From: Gemmatimonadales bacterium
GTDB lineage: Bacteria > Gemmatimonadota > Gemmatimonadetes > Gemmatimonadales > GWC2-71-9
Direction: 5' to 3'
Length of the DNA stretch: 60,237 nt
Assembly (NCBI GenBank): GCA_045803245.1
Contig: JBJMPK010000228.1
Location: 1 to 60,237, forward strand
The notes below the pieces were generated by a model. That model was not told the origin of the DNA. It saw only the letters and a list, made by a program, of their open reading frames with translations, and did no database searches. The position numbers were made by a program, and so were the translations under genes. Below, piece after piece: positions 1 to 8,605 of this stretch. Each line of letters starts with the position of its first letter. Position 1 is the stretch's first letter.

Positions 1-237
1 GGTGTTCGATCTGGTCCAGCGGAAGGTGGCCTCGACTGCCTCACGAATGGTGGTTCCCAATGGCTGGTTTCCCGCGGCCGCGAGCGCCGGACCTATAGCT
101 ACCGCGCTGGCCAGGAAATCCTCATATCGGGTATCGTGAAAGTGACGCTCGGGTGAAACGTTCCCCGGCTTTGGGGCGCTGACCTCGAGCAGGCAGGCCA
201 GCTGGCCGGCGGCCGCTACGTCGGATGCAGCGGTCAC
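1..237 (-). CDS. CitG-like (triphosphoribosyl-dephospho-CoA synthase family) protein, N-terminal fragment; gene runs off the left edge
   Basis: Minus-strand frame is open from GTG (237..235) to position 1. Translation: VTAASDVAAAGQLACLLEVSAPKPGNVSPERHFHDTRYEDFLASAVAIGPALAAAG..., resembling the CitG/MdcB N-terminal region (PKPGxV..., D..F..S). GTGA start/stop overlap with the upstream ATP-grasp gene. CitG-like genes are known members of bacterial H4MPT/methanofuran cofactor clusters. Confidence 0.5.
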   Translation of the reverse strand, partial: MTAASDVAAAGQLACLLEVSAPKPGNVSPERHFHDTRYEDFLASAVAIGPALAAAGNQPLGTTIREAVEATFRWTRSNT

Positions 238-1103
238 CGCGCTCGAAGCGCCACATGGTCGAGCAGCCGTCCGCCGATATCAATGCCGGTGGCCTCCTGG
301 AGTCCCCTCCAGCCGGGAATTCCGTTTACCTCCAGCACATAAGTGGTGCCATCACGTGCAGCTAGGAGATCGATCCCGGCATAATCCGCGCCTACCGCCG
401 CCGCGGCGCGCACGGCGAGCGCGGCGTGCTCCTCGCTGAGACACACGGCTCGCGCGGTGCCGCCCCGCGCCAGGTTGGTGCGCCATCCCGTGGCGCGCCG
501 CTCGATGGCACCGACCAACCTGCCACCGATGACGAACGCGCGGACATCCGCCCCGTCGTGATCGACGGTGCGCTGCAGATAAAACACTCCCCGGATCTGC
601 TCCAGCGTGCGAAAAACTCTAAAGGCGATCTCCTCATCGGTGACCCGGACCATTCCCAGCCCCATGGAGCCGAACAGCGGCTTCACGATCACGTCACCCA
701 TGGCGCGGAAGGCAGCGAACGCCTCCTCGACATCGTCGCAAACCACGGTCTCGGGGGTAGGAAGCCCGCACTGCTCCAGGAGCGCGGAGGTCCAGAACTT
801 GTCGACCGTGCGCTCGATAGCCCGGGGCGAGTTGACGACGGGAATGCCCCGGTCTTCCAGGCGGTGCAGAGCATCGACCCGGAAGATGATCTGCTCCAGC
901 GACCCGGACGGAATGATCCGGGCGAGGACCGCATCCATCCCATCCAGATCGCTCCGGCGGCTCCGCAGCGCGGGGGCGGGACCGATGCTGGCGACCAGTC
1001 CCTCGTAGGGGAGCACGGTTGCCTCGTGCCCCCGCTCGAGCGCCGCCCTCTCCAGCTCGCGAGTATGCCAGCCGGCCCGCGCCGCGAGGACGGCGAGCCG
1101 CAT
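234..1103 (-). CDS. RimK-type ATP-grasp ligase, MptN-like (H4MPT:alpha-L-glutamate ligase family)
   Basis: Track ORF 234..1445 trimmed to Met115 (ATG 1103..1101), 1 nt after the TAG stop of the upstream gene (1105). RimK/ATP-grasp signature: VVNSPRAIERTVDKFWTSALLEQCGLPTPET, VIVKPLFGSMGLGMVRV, DVRAFVIGGRLVGAIERRATGWRTNLARGG, LEVNGIPGW. Lies in the H4MPT operon. Confidence 0.8.
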   Translation of the reverse strand: MRLAVLAARAGWHTRELERAALERGHEATVLPYEGLVASIGPAPALRSRRSDLDGMDAVLARIIPSGSLEQIIFRVDALHRLEDRGIPVVNSPRAIERTVDKFWTSALLEQCGLPTPETVVCDDVEEAFAAFRAMGDVIVKPLFGSMGLGMVRVTDEEIAFRVFRTLEQIRGVFYLQRTVDHDGADVRAFVIGGRLVGAIERRATGWRTNLARGGTARAVCLSEEHAALAVRAAAAVGADYAGIDLLAARDGTTYVLEVNGIPGWRGLQEATGIDIGGRLLDHVALRAR

Positions 1104-1104
1104 G

Positions 1105-1890
1105 CTACTTGGTCTCCACCCCGGCCAGAGCGTCGAACCCGCCGGTGGCGAACTTCGGCAGATCGCCAGCGACCTCCTTGAACGCTGGAGTGGCGGTGCC
1201 CTTCTTGAGGGCCTCCAGTGACGGAAAGTAGAGCTCGGCCTGGCGATAGCGTGCCGGCTTGGACCCGTCGAGGTTGGAATCGAACTTGGTGAGCTCCGCT
1301 CGCTCGAATCCAATTTGTCCCTGGCTTGCGACGACCAGGGGGATGTGGGTCTCCGCGTAGTACTTCTCGAAGGCCGCGGTGTCCTTGGGAATCTTGTAAA
1401 TGACGGTAAAGATGGCCGCCGGTGCCTCACCGGAGCCTTTCTCATGCGGATTCGAGGCGGTTGCGATCATGCCCAGCAGGCCGCCGGTTGCGAAGTTCTT
1501 GAGGTCGTCCGCAACCTTCTGGAACCCCGGGGTAGCCACTCCCTTCTTGAGATCGTCCATCGACTTGAAGTAGAGCTCCGCCTGCCGGTAAAACGCCGGC
1601 TTCTTCCCGTCGGCAGTGGAGGAGAACTTCGTCAGGTCCGCACGGACGAAGCCGATCTCACCTTGATTGGCTAGCACCAGGGGGACGTGGGTTGTGCGAT
1701 AGTACTTCTCGAATGCCGCGGTGTCCTTCGGCGGGTTGTAGAGTACCGTTACGATGGCCATCGGCCCGGTGGCTGCCGGGGTGGTCGCGGCCGTGGTGTC
1801 CGCCCCCGGCGTCGCATTCTTATCGCCGCCTTTGCAGGCCGAGGCCAGCGCCAACGCGGAAAGCAGCAACCAGCTCGAGCAGCGTCGCAT
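1105..1890 (-). CDS. Lipoprotein with two tandem EthD-like domains
   Basis: Signal peptide plus lipobox-like MRRCSSWLLLSALALASAC. Two homologous halves follow: VTVLYNPPKDTAAFEKYYRTTHVPLV...DLKNFATGG and FTVIYKIPKDTAAFEKYYAETHIPLV...DLPKFATGG. Both match the EthD-family pattern (F..YY...H.PL ... D..NF). Confidence 0.7.
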   Translation of the reverse strand: MRRCSSWLLLSALALASACKGGDKNATPGADTTAATTPAATGPMAIVTVLYNPPKDTAAFEKYYRTTHVPLVLANQGEIGFVRADLTKFSSTADGKKPAFYRQAELYFKSMDDLKKGVATPGFQKVADDLKNFATGGLLGMIATASNPHEKGSGEAPAAIFTVIYKIPKDTAAFEKYYAETHIPLVVASQGQIGFERAELTKFDSNLDGSKPARYRQAELYFPSLEALKKGTATPAFKEVAGDLPKFATGGFDALAGVETK

Positions 1891-1904
1891 GAAAGCTCCT
1901 GGGA

Positions 1905-2876
1905 TTAAAGAGGGTACAACGAGGCTGCCAGCACCTCAGGGTTCAATCGGCCCGCGTGAAAAGTGCGACCCGACTCGGTGCTGGTGAGCCAGACCTCGCC
2001 GGGACTGAAGAGCAAGGGGTCGATCTTATAGAAATCGCCCCCGTACCGCTGAAAGATCTCGTAAAACGGAATACCGTAGTCGCGGGATGCCGAGGCGGGA
2101 ACCTGTTCCGCTAGCCGTTTCAGCTCCTGATCGCCGGCGTGCACGGTGTACCGCGCCTGTCCTCCGTACAAAATGCAGTCGTTGGTCCGCCCAATCGCGC
2201 GGAGGTCGTCGTTGGCGACAGGGGGTAATGGTGCCGTGCCGATGGCGCTCACTACCCGGCGTACGTCGAAGCCGAGGGTTTCCATCTTGTGCAGCCCGGT
2301 CTCGATAATTCGAGCCGAGATCTGGACGCCGCCGGCGACGCTGGCGGTGGGCGCCACCACGAACGTAAGCGCCGCCGGCTGGAGCCGTGCCTTGTCGGCC
2401 ACCCAGGACGCCACCTCGTCGGTAGGCAGGGTGCGGCCTTCCAGCACCAGTACGCCCTCGTCGGCCTGCTCCTCGTAGCCCAGCTTCTCGAACAGCTCGC
2501 GCTCCACCCTCGCGTGAGCGCGAAGCGGGCCGGAGCCCATCGCGAAGAATTTTCCCACCGATATGGCCCAGCCGGCATACTGCGAGGCCATGCAGGCCAC
2601 GGCAGGCTGGTCGGTCCAGACGATCAGGCCAGGATAGGACTGGTCTCCAATCTCAACCGGCGTGCAGGTTACCTGTCCCAGCCCTCCCATGCAGATCCGG
2701 GCGATCGCAAGCCCGGCTTCGATTCCCCCATCTACCCCAACTCCGGCGTCGATCACCCTCGCGCCCGAGCTGAGCCGGGAAGTTCGAACCCGGAGCGCGT
2801 CGGCCCGGTCCGCCATGCTGTCTGCGATATCACCTGCTGCCTCATTCAGGTTCAGCGACATTACTTGGACGTCCAT
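1905..2876 (-). CDS. mch: Methenyl-tetrahydromethanopterin cyclohydrolase
   Basis: 323-aa ORF with full-length resemblance to Mch (ARICMGGLG, ACMASQYAGW, GSGPLRA, IETGLHKME). An alternative start at Met6 (2861) would give a TAATG overlap with the fhcC stop. Confidence 0.9.
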   Translation of the reverse strand: MDVQVMSLNLNEAAGDIADSMADRADALRVRTSRLSSGARVIDAGVGVDGGIEAGLAIARICMGGLGQVTCTPVEIGDQSYPGLIVWTDQPAVACMASQYAGWAISVGKFFAMGSGPLRAHARVERELFEKLGYEEQADEGVLVLEGRTLPTDEVASWVADKARLQPAALTFVVAPTASVAGGVQISARIIETGLHKMETLGFDVRRVVSAIGTAPLPPVANDDLRAIGRTNDCILYGGQARYTVHAGDQELKRLAEQVPASASRDYGIPFYEIFQRYGGDFYKIDPLLFSPGEVWLTSTESGRTFHAGRLNPEVLAASLYPL

Positions 2877-3625
2877 GCCAGGATCTCTCCTCTGCCCAGC
2901 TCGGCCATGTCGCCGCTATAACGGCGATACCGGCCGGCCAGGTGTTTGCGCTGCACTGGAAGCTGAAATCTGGCCCGCAAACGCATGAGCATGACCAGCA
3001 GGTGTACCGGCTGATAGGTACAAGCGTAGGTGTAGGTGCCCGGGGGCACGATCTTTCCAAGCGCCACCACGGATCCCCGCTTGGACCAGAGTCCGGCATC
3101 TTCGCCGGCGGGACCGAGGAGCACCACGGTCCCTGCGATCATGCCCAGGCCGGCCCGGCGCCCAGCCGAGCCGCCAACCACGAGAAGTCCCCGGCGCATC
3201 GTCGCGCCGGCCTCGTCGCCGGCGGAGCCGTGCACGATGAGCTCGCCGCCGGTCATTCCGCGTTTGAAGCCGAGCGGCGCCGCGCCGGTCCGGTGACCGG
3301 CATCTCCCTCTATCTCCAGGACTCCGCCGGTCATACCCAAGCCGGCTTCGACCCCAACGTTCCCCTCGACCACCACGGTGCCTTGACTCAGGCTCGCGCC
3401 CAGTCGATTGGCCCGACCCAGGTCGCCCAGGAAACGGAGGTTGCCGTCGGGTGAGCCTTCCAGCTGAAAGATGTCGCCGAGTGATACGCGCCCTTGCCGG
3501 TCGAGGTACACCGGCCGGCGCGACAGCTCCGCGGCCGGGAGCCCGGTCCATGGCTCCGCGAAGACCTCCGAGAAATCCGCTCCCTCGTCGAGCGGCGCTT
3601 TCAGCCTGGCTAGAAGGCCGCTCAT
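2861..3625 (-). CDS. fhcC: Formyltransferase/hydrolase complex subunit C (formylmethanofuran dehydrogenase subunit C-like)
   Basis: 254 aa with repeated GxxGxxG beta-helix motifs typical of FwdC/FhcC (GNVGVEAGLGMTGGVLEIEGDAG, GGELIVHGSAGDEAG, LLVVGGSAGRRAGLGMIAGTVV). 4-nt overlap with fhcD. Confidence 0.9.
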   Translation of the reverse strand: MSGLLARLKAPLDEGADFSEVFAEPWTGLPAAELSRRPVYLDRQGRVSLGDIFQLEGSPDGNLRFLGDLGRANRLGASLSQGTVVVEGNVGVEAGLGMTGGVLEIEGDAGHRTGAAPLGFKRGMTGGELIVHGSAGDEAGATMRRGLLVVGGSAGRRAGLGMIAGTVVLLGPAGEDAGLWSKRGSVVALGKIVPPGTYTYACTYQPVHLLVMLMRLRARFQLPVQRKHLAGRYRRYSGDMAELGRGEILAWTSK

Positions 3626-4524
3626 CCCGCCGATTCTTCCATGATCTTTCGCAGGTAGAAGTGGTGCGGTCCCAGTCTCCCGCCATAGTTGCCCGCGCTG
3701 ATCGAAACGATCCCATCCCGACAGGCCGCGTCGATTCCGGTTTTCATGGCGGATGCGATGGCCTGCGCGTCGACGCCGTTGATCACGATCTCGAGCACCG
3801 AATTCACTCCTTCGGGAAGCGCGGTCTGGGTGATCGCCCGGAGGGTGGGGCAGTACGCGTCATTGGTGGACGCGATCATCGATTTGATGCGGCGGGAGCC
3901 CACCTTGCTCCCACTGCGTACCACCCCACCGGGGAACGGGAGAATGACGCCTTGGAGAGAGGCCATCGCATCGGCGGCGGCTTCCGCCGCGGCGAGCGCC
4001 GCGTCGGCGCTTTGCCCCAGGATGAGAAAGTTTCCTCCGCCCACCCCCTTCACCATGCCGAACTTTTCCTGGACCACAAACTCGCCATCCATCACGGGAA
4101 TTCTCCAGAACCGTTCCCCCGAAATGACCTTGCTGGCCTGGAAGCCATCGCCGAAGAACCGCAGGGCCGAGCCCACGCCCACCCGGTCGGGCACCCCGGG
4201 CAAGCCGTCGTAGCAGGCGGTGCTGGGGCAGGTGAGCACCGTCTGCCCGATTCGCTCAATGAGCCGCTTGCCCATGTCGTCCTTGCTGATGGTCATGAGG
4301 AGCACGCTGACACCGGGCCGGCCGTCCGGCGTTTGGTCGGCCGCAAGCTCATGCTCGACGCCAGCCTCGACCTTGCAACCGATGACCGAGGTGGCAAAGC
4401 CGGTCAGCTTCAACGCCGCCGCACGGACCCAGCGCATACTGCGGGCGGTGATCACGATCCGCGCCACTCGCATGGTGAACGCCTCAGCGAAGGTGTCCTC
4501 GATGAGGACTCCGCGAATCTTCAT
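3622..4524 (-). CDS. fhcD: Formylmethanofuran:tetrahydromethanopterin N-formyltransferase
   Basis: 300 aa. The N-terminus IEDTFAEAF..R..ITA and overall length and composition match Ftr/FhcD. Confidence 0.9.
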   Translation of the reverse strand: MKIRGVLIEDTFAEAFTMRVARIVITARSMRWVRAAALKLTGFATSVIGCKVEAGVEHELAADQTPDGRPGVSVLLMTISKDDMGKRLIERIGQTVLTCPSTACYDGLPGVPDRVGVGSALRFFGDGFQASKVISGERFWRIPVMDGEFVVQEKFGMVKGVGGGNFLILGQSADAALAAAEAAADAMASLQGVILPFPGGVVRSGSKVGSRRIKSMIASTNDAYCPTLRAITQTALPEGVNSVLEIVINGVDAQAIASAMKTGIDAACRDGIVSISAGNYGGRLGPHHFYLRKIMEESAG

Positions 4525-4536
4525 GGTTGCTGAATG

Positions 4537-6183
4537 TCAGGGCGACAAGGGAATGGGATCATCGGAAATCCCCTGCACCGGGTAATTCTCAAACGCCACC
4601 GTCGAGTACGCCTCGAAGAACCGCCGCACGTCGGGCAGGAACGATTCGTCGTAGCCCGGACAGAGACGCAGCCTCCGGCCGGTGGGCGCATGGCGCAGCT
4701 GGCCTTCCTCGACCACCAGCGTTCCGGCCTTGATGACATAGCGCGGCGTCGCGAACATGCCGGCGATGTCCGCATTCCTGCTGTACACGGTCACGTCCGC
4801 ATCGGCGCCCGGACCAAGATGTCCCTTTCGGGTGAGACCCAGCAGGCGGGCGGGCCCCGCACGAGTGATGATGGCGATCTCGTTCAAGGTGTATTCGCGA
4901 GCCAGGCCGTCAGCGAGGGCCGACCCGGCCAGAAGCTTGGGGTTGACCTGCTTCAACCTCTCTTCCCGCACGGTGCGATCCATGAGCAGCTGAATCAGGG
5001 CCGGATAGGCGAGAAAAGAGCCGCCGTTCGGATGGTCGGTCGAGAGTACCACGCGCCAGGGGTCAGCGCTGAGGAGAAACAGCTCCAGGCCGATAGCCCA
5101 TTGGAGAGCGGACACGGCGGCCTTGTCCTTATACACCAGCGGTACGATGCCGCAGCCGGTCTCCAGCTCTATATCGATGTTCACCCACCGGCGGCCGCTG
5201 CTCTTGTGGAGCAGGTACTCGACCGGCCCGTCGGCGGTGATGGTCATAGCCGGTCCGAACATCACCTGTCCGACATCCACGCTCAGTTCGGCATGCGCGT
5301 TGACATACTCGATCAGCGGTCTTGCCGCCGAGCTCCAGGGTGGCCCACCGTAGGAATGGAACTGAAGGTGAGTAAGGTGGGCCCGGCGGCCAGCCAGAGC
5401 CTCCATGGTAGCGCGCGTGACAGCCGCGTTCCCGGGCAGGCCCAAGTTGTTGCAATGGATGTGGACCGGATGCGGTAGCTCGAGAGCGTTGGCCGCATCC
5501 GAGAGCGTCTCGAGGATCGCTCGGGGCGTGACGCTCCTGCCCGCGAGAGGTTCGTCGATGCCATTCAGGTTTCGCTGTCCTGACTTCCAGGCTTCGATTC
5601 CGCCGGGATTGACGATCTTGATGGCATACCCGCCGGTCGACCCGAGCAGCCAGGCGGCGTAATCCCGGGCCCGGTCCCGTTCCCCGGCGGCGATCTGGCG
5701 GAGCAGGTATTCGTCGTTGCCCATCAGGACAAAAAACCCACCATCCACGCAAGGGGTATCGTCCAGCTCGCTGTGACTATGCCGGGCCATCAGGGGGGCG
5801 ACAGCGGCGTCGAAGACCGTGGTGTAACCCAGGCCTGCGTAGCGGTATCCGGTGGTGAAGGTCGTGGGTACGGATCCTCCGCTCCCCGATCGTGGGACGG
5901 TCTCGGTGTTCTCCAGGCGGGGTGCCGGCGTGGGATCGGCTGCGCGCTCCTCCGGCACCAGGCGCCGGGCATGGTTGCAGCTGGAGCTGGCCAGGTGCGA
6001 ATGGATATCCACGCCACCGGGCATCACCACCATGCCCTTTGCGTCGATCGACGGCGCGCCTTCGGGCAGGGTCGCCACAATACGCCCGTCCTCGATACAA
6101 ATGTCCCGGATCTCGCCATCGATCCCGTTAGCCGGATCGTGAACGGCGCCACCCGCAATGCGGAGGCGGGCCTTGTCGCTCAT
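4537..6183 (-). CDS. fhcA: Formyltransferase/hydrolase complex subunit A (FwdA-like amidohydrolase)
   Basis: 548 aa. Amidohydrolase metal motif GGVDIHSH near the N-terminus and length typical of FwdA/FhcA. ATGA overlap with the fhcB stop. Confidence 0.9.
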   Translation of the reverse strand: MSDKARLRIAGGAVHDPANGIDGEIRDICIEDGRIVATLPEGAPSIDAKGMVVMPGGVDIHSHLASSSCNHARRLVPEERAADPTPAPRLENTETVPRSGSGGSVPTTFTTGYRYAGLGYTTVFDAAVAPLMARHSHSELDDTPCVDGGFFVLMGNDEYLLRQIAAGERDRARDYAAWLLGSTGGYAIKIVNPGGIEAWKSGQRNLNGIDEPLAGRSVTPRAILETLSDAANALELPHPVHIHCNNLGLPGNAAVTRATMEALAGRRAHLTHLQFHSYGGPPWSSAARPLIEYVNAHAELSVDVGQVMFGPAMTITADGPVEYLLHKSSGRRWVNIDIELETGCGIVPLVYKDKAAVSALQWAIGLELFLLSADPWRVVLSTDHPNGGSFLAYPALIQLLMDRTVREERLKQVNPKLLAGSALADGLAREYTLNEIAIITRAGPARLLGLTRKGHLGPGADADVTVYSRNADIAGMFATPRYVIKAGTLVVEEGQLRHAPTGRRLRLCPGYDESFLPDVRRFFEAYSTVAFENYPVQGISDDPIPLSP

Positions 6184-7448
6184 GCGCGCTTGCGCCGCAG
6201 GGCTGCACCGAGTGCGACGGTGAGCGTCTGCAGCACCTCGAAGGTTCTGCGCGGCGCCTGAATCGGGGGTCGGAGCTGAAGCGGGACCTCGTCCAGGCGG
6301 TATGCCGTTCCACCTTCGTGAATGCCGGCCACGCCGGTATCGATCGCGATTTGTGGCCCCAATCCCGACTGGCTGGCTCGGGGGCCGATGACGATCATGC
6401 TCACTTCGTCGAGGGCGCGAGCTCCGGCCACCTCCAGGTGAGGGGTGCCGACCAGCAGAGCCACCCGGAAACAGCCGCTGCGAAGCCGCTCCAGACCGCG
6501 CTGCCCCGGCACATAGCGCGGGTGTCCCCGGGAGTAGTCCACCGAGAGAGGATATCCGGTCTGCCAGGTAAGGACGGACTCCGCCCCCACGCGGTTCCCA
6601 CCGGCGCGGAGGCTGACGCTGGCGGCACGGGTCGGACCGTTGAGGGCCTCGGCGAGGCCCAGGAGCGCTTCTACCCGAAGGGGATCCCTGGGCTCAGCGG
6701 TTGGTTCGGCATCGTGCACCAGGCCGACGTACCGCGCCGCCGCCAGCCGCTCTGCGATCGCAACCGCTTCCCGTAGCCGGGGGGAGCTCGAGCCGGTTGC
6801 CCGGCCCAGCAGCGAGGCGCGCATCAGCGACAGCACAGCTATCTCCTCCCCGGGCTCCAGAGCAAGCGAGACATCGGCCGCTGGGGGCGCTCGGTCCCGT
6901 CCCACGCTTACCCCGATGATGATCCGGCCAGATCGTCCCTTGGGCAGGTGGGTACCCGGTGGGTCGACATAACGCTCCATGAAGCGAGGATAGCGCTCGG
7001 CTGGATCGACTCCCCAGAACAGGAGAAGGTCCGCCCGGTTTCTGATCTCACCCAAGGTGGCTCCGACCCTCCCGTGTCGCTGCGCCGCCAGCAGGCCGCC
7101 CGCCGCCGTTTCCGAGGTGGCTGTGTCGACCGTGCCTGCCGCGAGATCGGCCAGAGCAACGGCCTGCCGTTGGCTTTGCGAGCTGAGGTCGGGACCGAGA
7201 CAAATGAGAGAACGGCTACCGGCTCGCTCGAGGAACTCAGCCGCGCCGGCGATCGCCCGCTCGAAAGGCGCCGGCTTTCCCTGGATCAGGACCTCCGCCG
7301 GCACCACCCCATCGCCGAACCAGGCGCGTCCCACGGGACAGACGGGCGTCACGTCCGCGATCCGGCCGTCGTCCACACTGACCGTTATGTCGTCGCAACC
7401 GCAGCCACAGCCCAGACAGGTGACGTGCTCCACTCGGGTGGCCCCCAT
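6180..7448 (-). CDS. fhcB: Formyltransferase/hydrolase complex subunit B (FwdB-like, molybdopterin-oxidoreductase fold)
   Basis: 422 aa. N-terminal Cys cluster CLGCGCGCDD as in FwdB/FhcB. Embedded between ATP-grasp and fhcA with overlapping junctions. Confidence 0.85.
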   Translation of the reverse strand: MGATRVEHVTCLGCGCGCDDITVSVDDGRIADVTPVCPVGRAWFGDGVVPAEVLIQGKPAPFERAIAGAAEFLERAGSRSLICLGPDLSSQSQRQAVALADLAAGTVDTATSETAAGGLLAAQRHGRVGATLGEIRNRADLLLFWGVDPAERYPRFMERYVDPPGTHLPKGRSGRIIIGVSVGRDRAPPAADVSLALEPGEEIAVLSLMRASLLGRATGSSSPRLREAVAIAERLAAARYVGLVHDAEPTAEPRDPLRVEALLGLAEALNGPTRAASVSLRAGGNRVGAESVLTWQTGYPLSVDYSRGHPRYVPGQRGLERLRSGCFRVALLVGTPHLEVAGARALDEVSMIVIGPRASQSGLGPQIAIDTGVAGIHEGGTAYRLDEVPLQLRPPIQAPRRTFEVLQTLTVALGAALRRKRA

Positions 7449-8605
7449 CAGGCCGCTCGCCGGCGGACTGGTCGGGCGATGCGGTAGACGGCAGCAGCCA
7501 GTCGAACCAGCCGCTTCATGCAGCCACCGACCCGTCGCTCACTCGCGAAGACGGTACAGATCGGCCGGCCCCGCTCGATGCGCTCTCCCGGATGCGGCAC
7601 GTCGGCGAATGACGGATGGCCGGCCCAGGGGCGGGTCTCACCCACCGTGAGGTCTCGCCGGGCAAAGACGATCGCTTTGCCGTAGATCTCTTCAGCCAGG
7701 GGAACCGGAGCGGGCAATGTTCCCTCACAGGCGCCGGCGTGCACCTCGAATAGTGACAAGCCACGGGCCCGTTCGAGCAGTTCCATCGATGCCGAATAGC
7801 GGGGGTTGATTTCGACCGGGTAGGGCACGCCGCGCCGTGCTATGAAGTCGATGCCGTTCAGTCCCATCAGGCCGAACTCGCGGGCTGCGACCGTTGCCAT
7901 CGCACTCACCCTCCCGAGCAGCTCGAGCTGGCCCGGAAACAACCGGTTGCTTCGTCCAGCCAGCAAGCTCCCGCAGTAGCGGAAGCCATGAGCCCCGAAC
8001 CGGATGTCGCCCACCAACTGGCGGGTGAGACCCAGAACCACCGCACCACGGCCGTTGGCGGCAAACACCACCGAACCGGGGATCCCCTCGATCCGCTCCT
8101 GGAGGTAGCTGCTCCTCGGAAGCAGCGACCCGCGATGCCAGATGGATACTCCATGGCCGCCACCCGAGCGCCGGGACTTGAGAAGCCAATGGGATCGAGA
8201 GCGAGCCGGTGGCGTTGCCCGGGTTTTCGGAGTGGCGAATCCATTGCGCCGCAGCGATCGCATGAGCTCGATCGGGTTGCGCACCCGCACCAGCACCTCC
8301 GGCGGGTTTCCCAGCAGCCGGCGGCCTGACGTCAGCCGTGCCACTTCCTCGGGATAGTTCTCCAGATTCGAAGTGTAGGCGACGAGTCCGGCTGATACGG
8401 GTTCTGCCGAGAGAACCGCCGCGGGGGGATCGAACCGGCTGCCCCCCGACGCAGGCGGCATTATCACGGTAGCCACTGCGCGCAGATCGAGGTCACCGAA
8501 AGCGTCGATGGCTGTGACGCGGTAACCCGCGCGTGCGGCCGAGACCGCGAGCGCCCGGGTGGTTAGCCCGGCAATCAGCAGGTGCGCCCTGGCTCTATCC
8601 GGCAT
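7448..8605 (-). CDS. ATP-grasp domain protein of H4MPT-linked clusters (carboligase-like, cofactor biosynthesis candidate)
   Basis: Track ORF 7448..8809 trimmed to Met69 (ATG 8605..8603). Rossmann-like N-terminus LIAGLTTRALAVSAARAGYRVTAIDAFGD and an ATP-grasp core (WLLKSRRSGGGHGV, YLQERIEGIPGSVVF, GLNGIDFI, VEINPR). 11-nt overlap with the upstream gene. Confidence 0.7.
   Translation of the reverse strand: MPDRARAHLLIAGLTTRALAVSAARAGYRVTAIDAFGDLDLRAVATVIMPPASGGSRFDPPAAVLSAEPVSAGLVAYTSNLENYPEEVARLTSGRRLLGNPPEVLVRVRNPIELMRSLRRNGFATPKTRATPPARSRSHWLLKSRRSGGGHGVSIWHRGSLLPRSSYLQERIEGIPGSVVFAANGRGAVVLGLTRQLVGDIRFGAHGFRYCGSLLAGRSNRLFPGQLELLGRVSAMATVAAREFGLMGLNGIDFIARRGVPYPVEINPRYSASMELLERARGLSLFEVHAGACEGTLPAPVPLAEEIYGKAIVFARRDLTVGETRPWAGHPSFADVPHPGERIERGRPICTVFASERRVGGCMKRLVRLAAAVYRIARPVRRRAA

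Noticed and set aside
234-1445. Long N-terminal extensions in the ORF track: 234-1445, 7448-8809, 10624-11187, 11363-14596, 18518-19522, 21209-22381, 22376-23431, 25007-28168, 33725-34450, 38760-39335, 39512-40720, 42564-43301, 43180-43674, 54644-55636 and 56578-59514.
   Set aside because: The extensions overlap the preceding gene or an intergenic repeat, are low complexity, and precede an internal ATG or GTG. That internal start matches the family N-terminus and/or has an SD or a coupled stop-start overlap. Trimmed coordinates are reported instead.
6180-7448. Selenocysteine (in-frame TGA) in the FwdB-like subunit, as in some archaeal homologues.
   Set aside because: The ORF is uninterrupted and no in-frame TGA or SECIS-like hairpin is needed. 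The bacterial Fhc complex is not known to require it.
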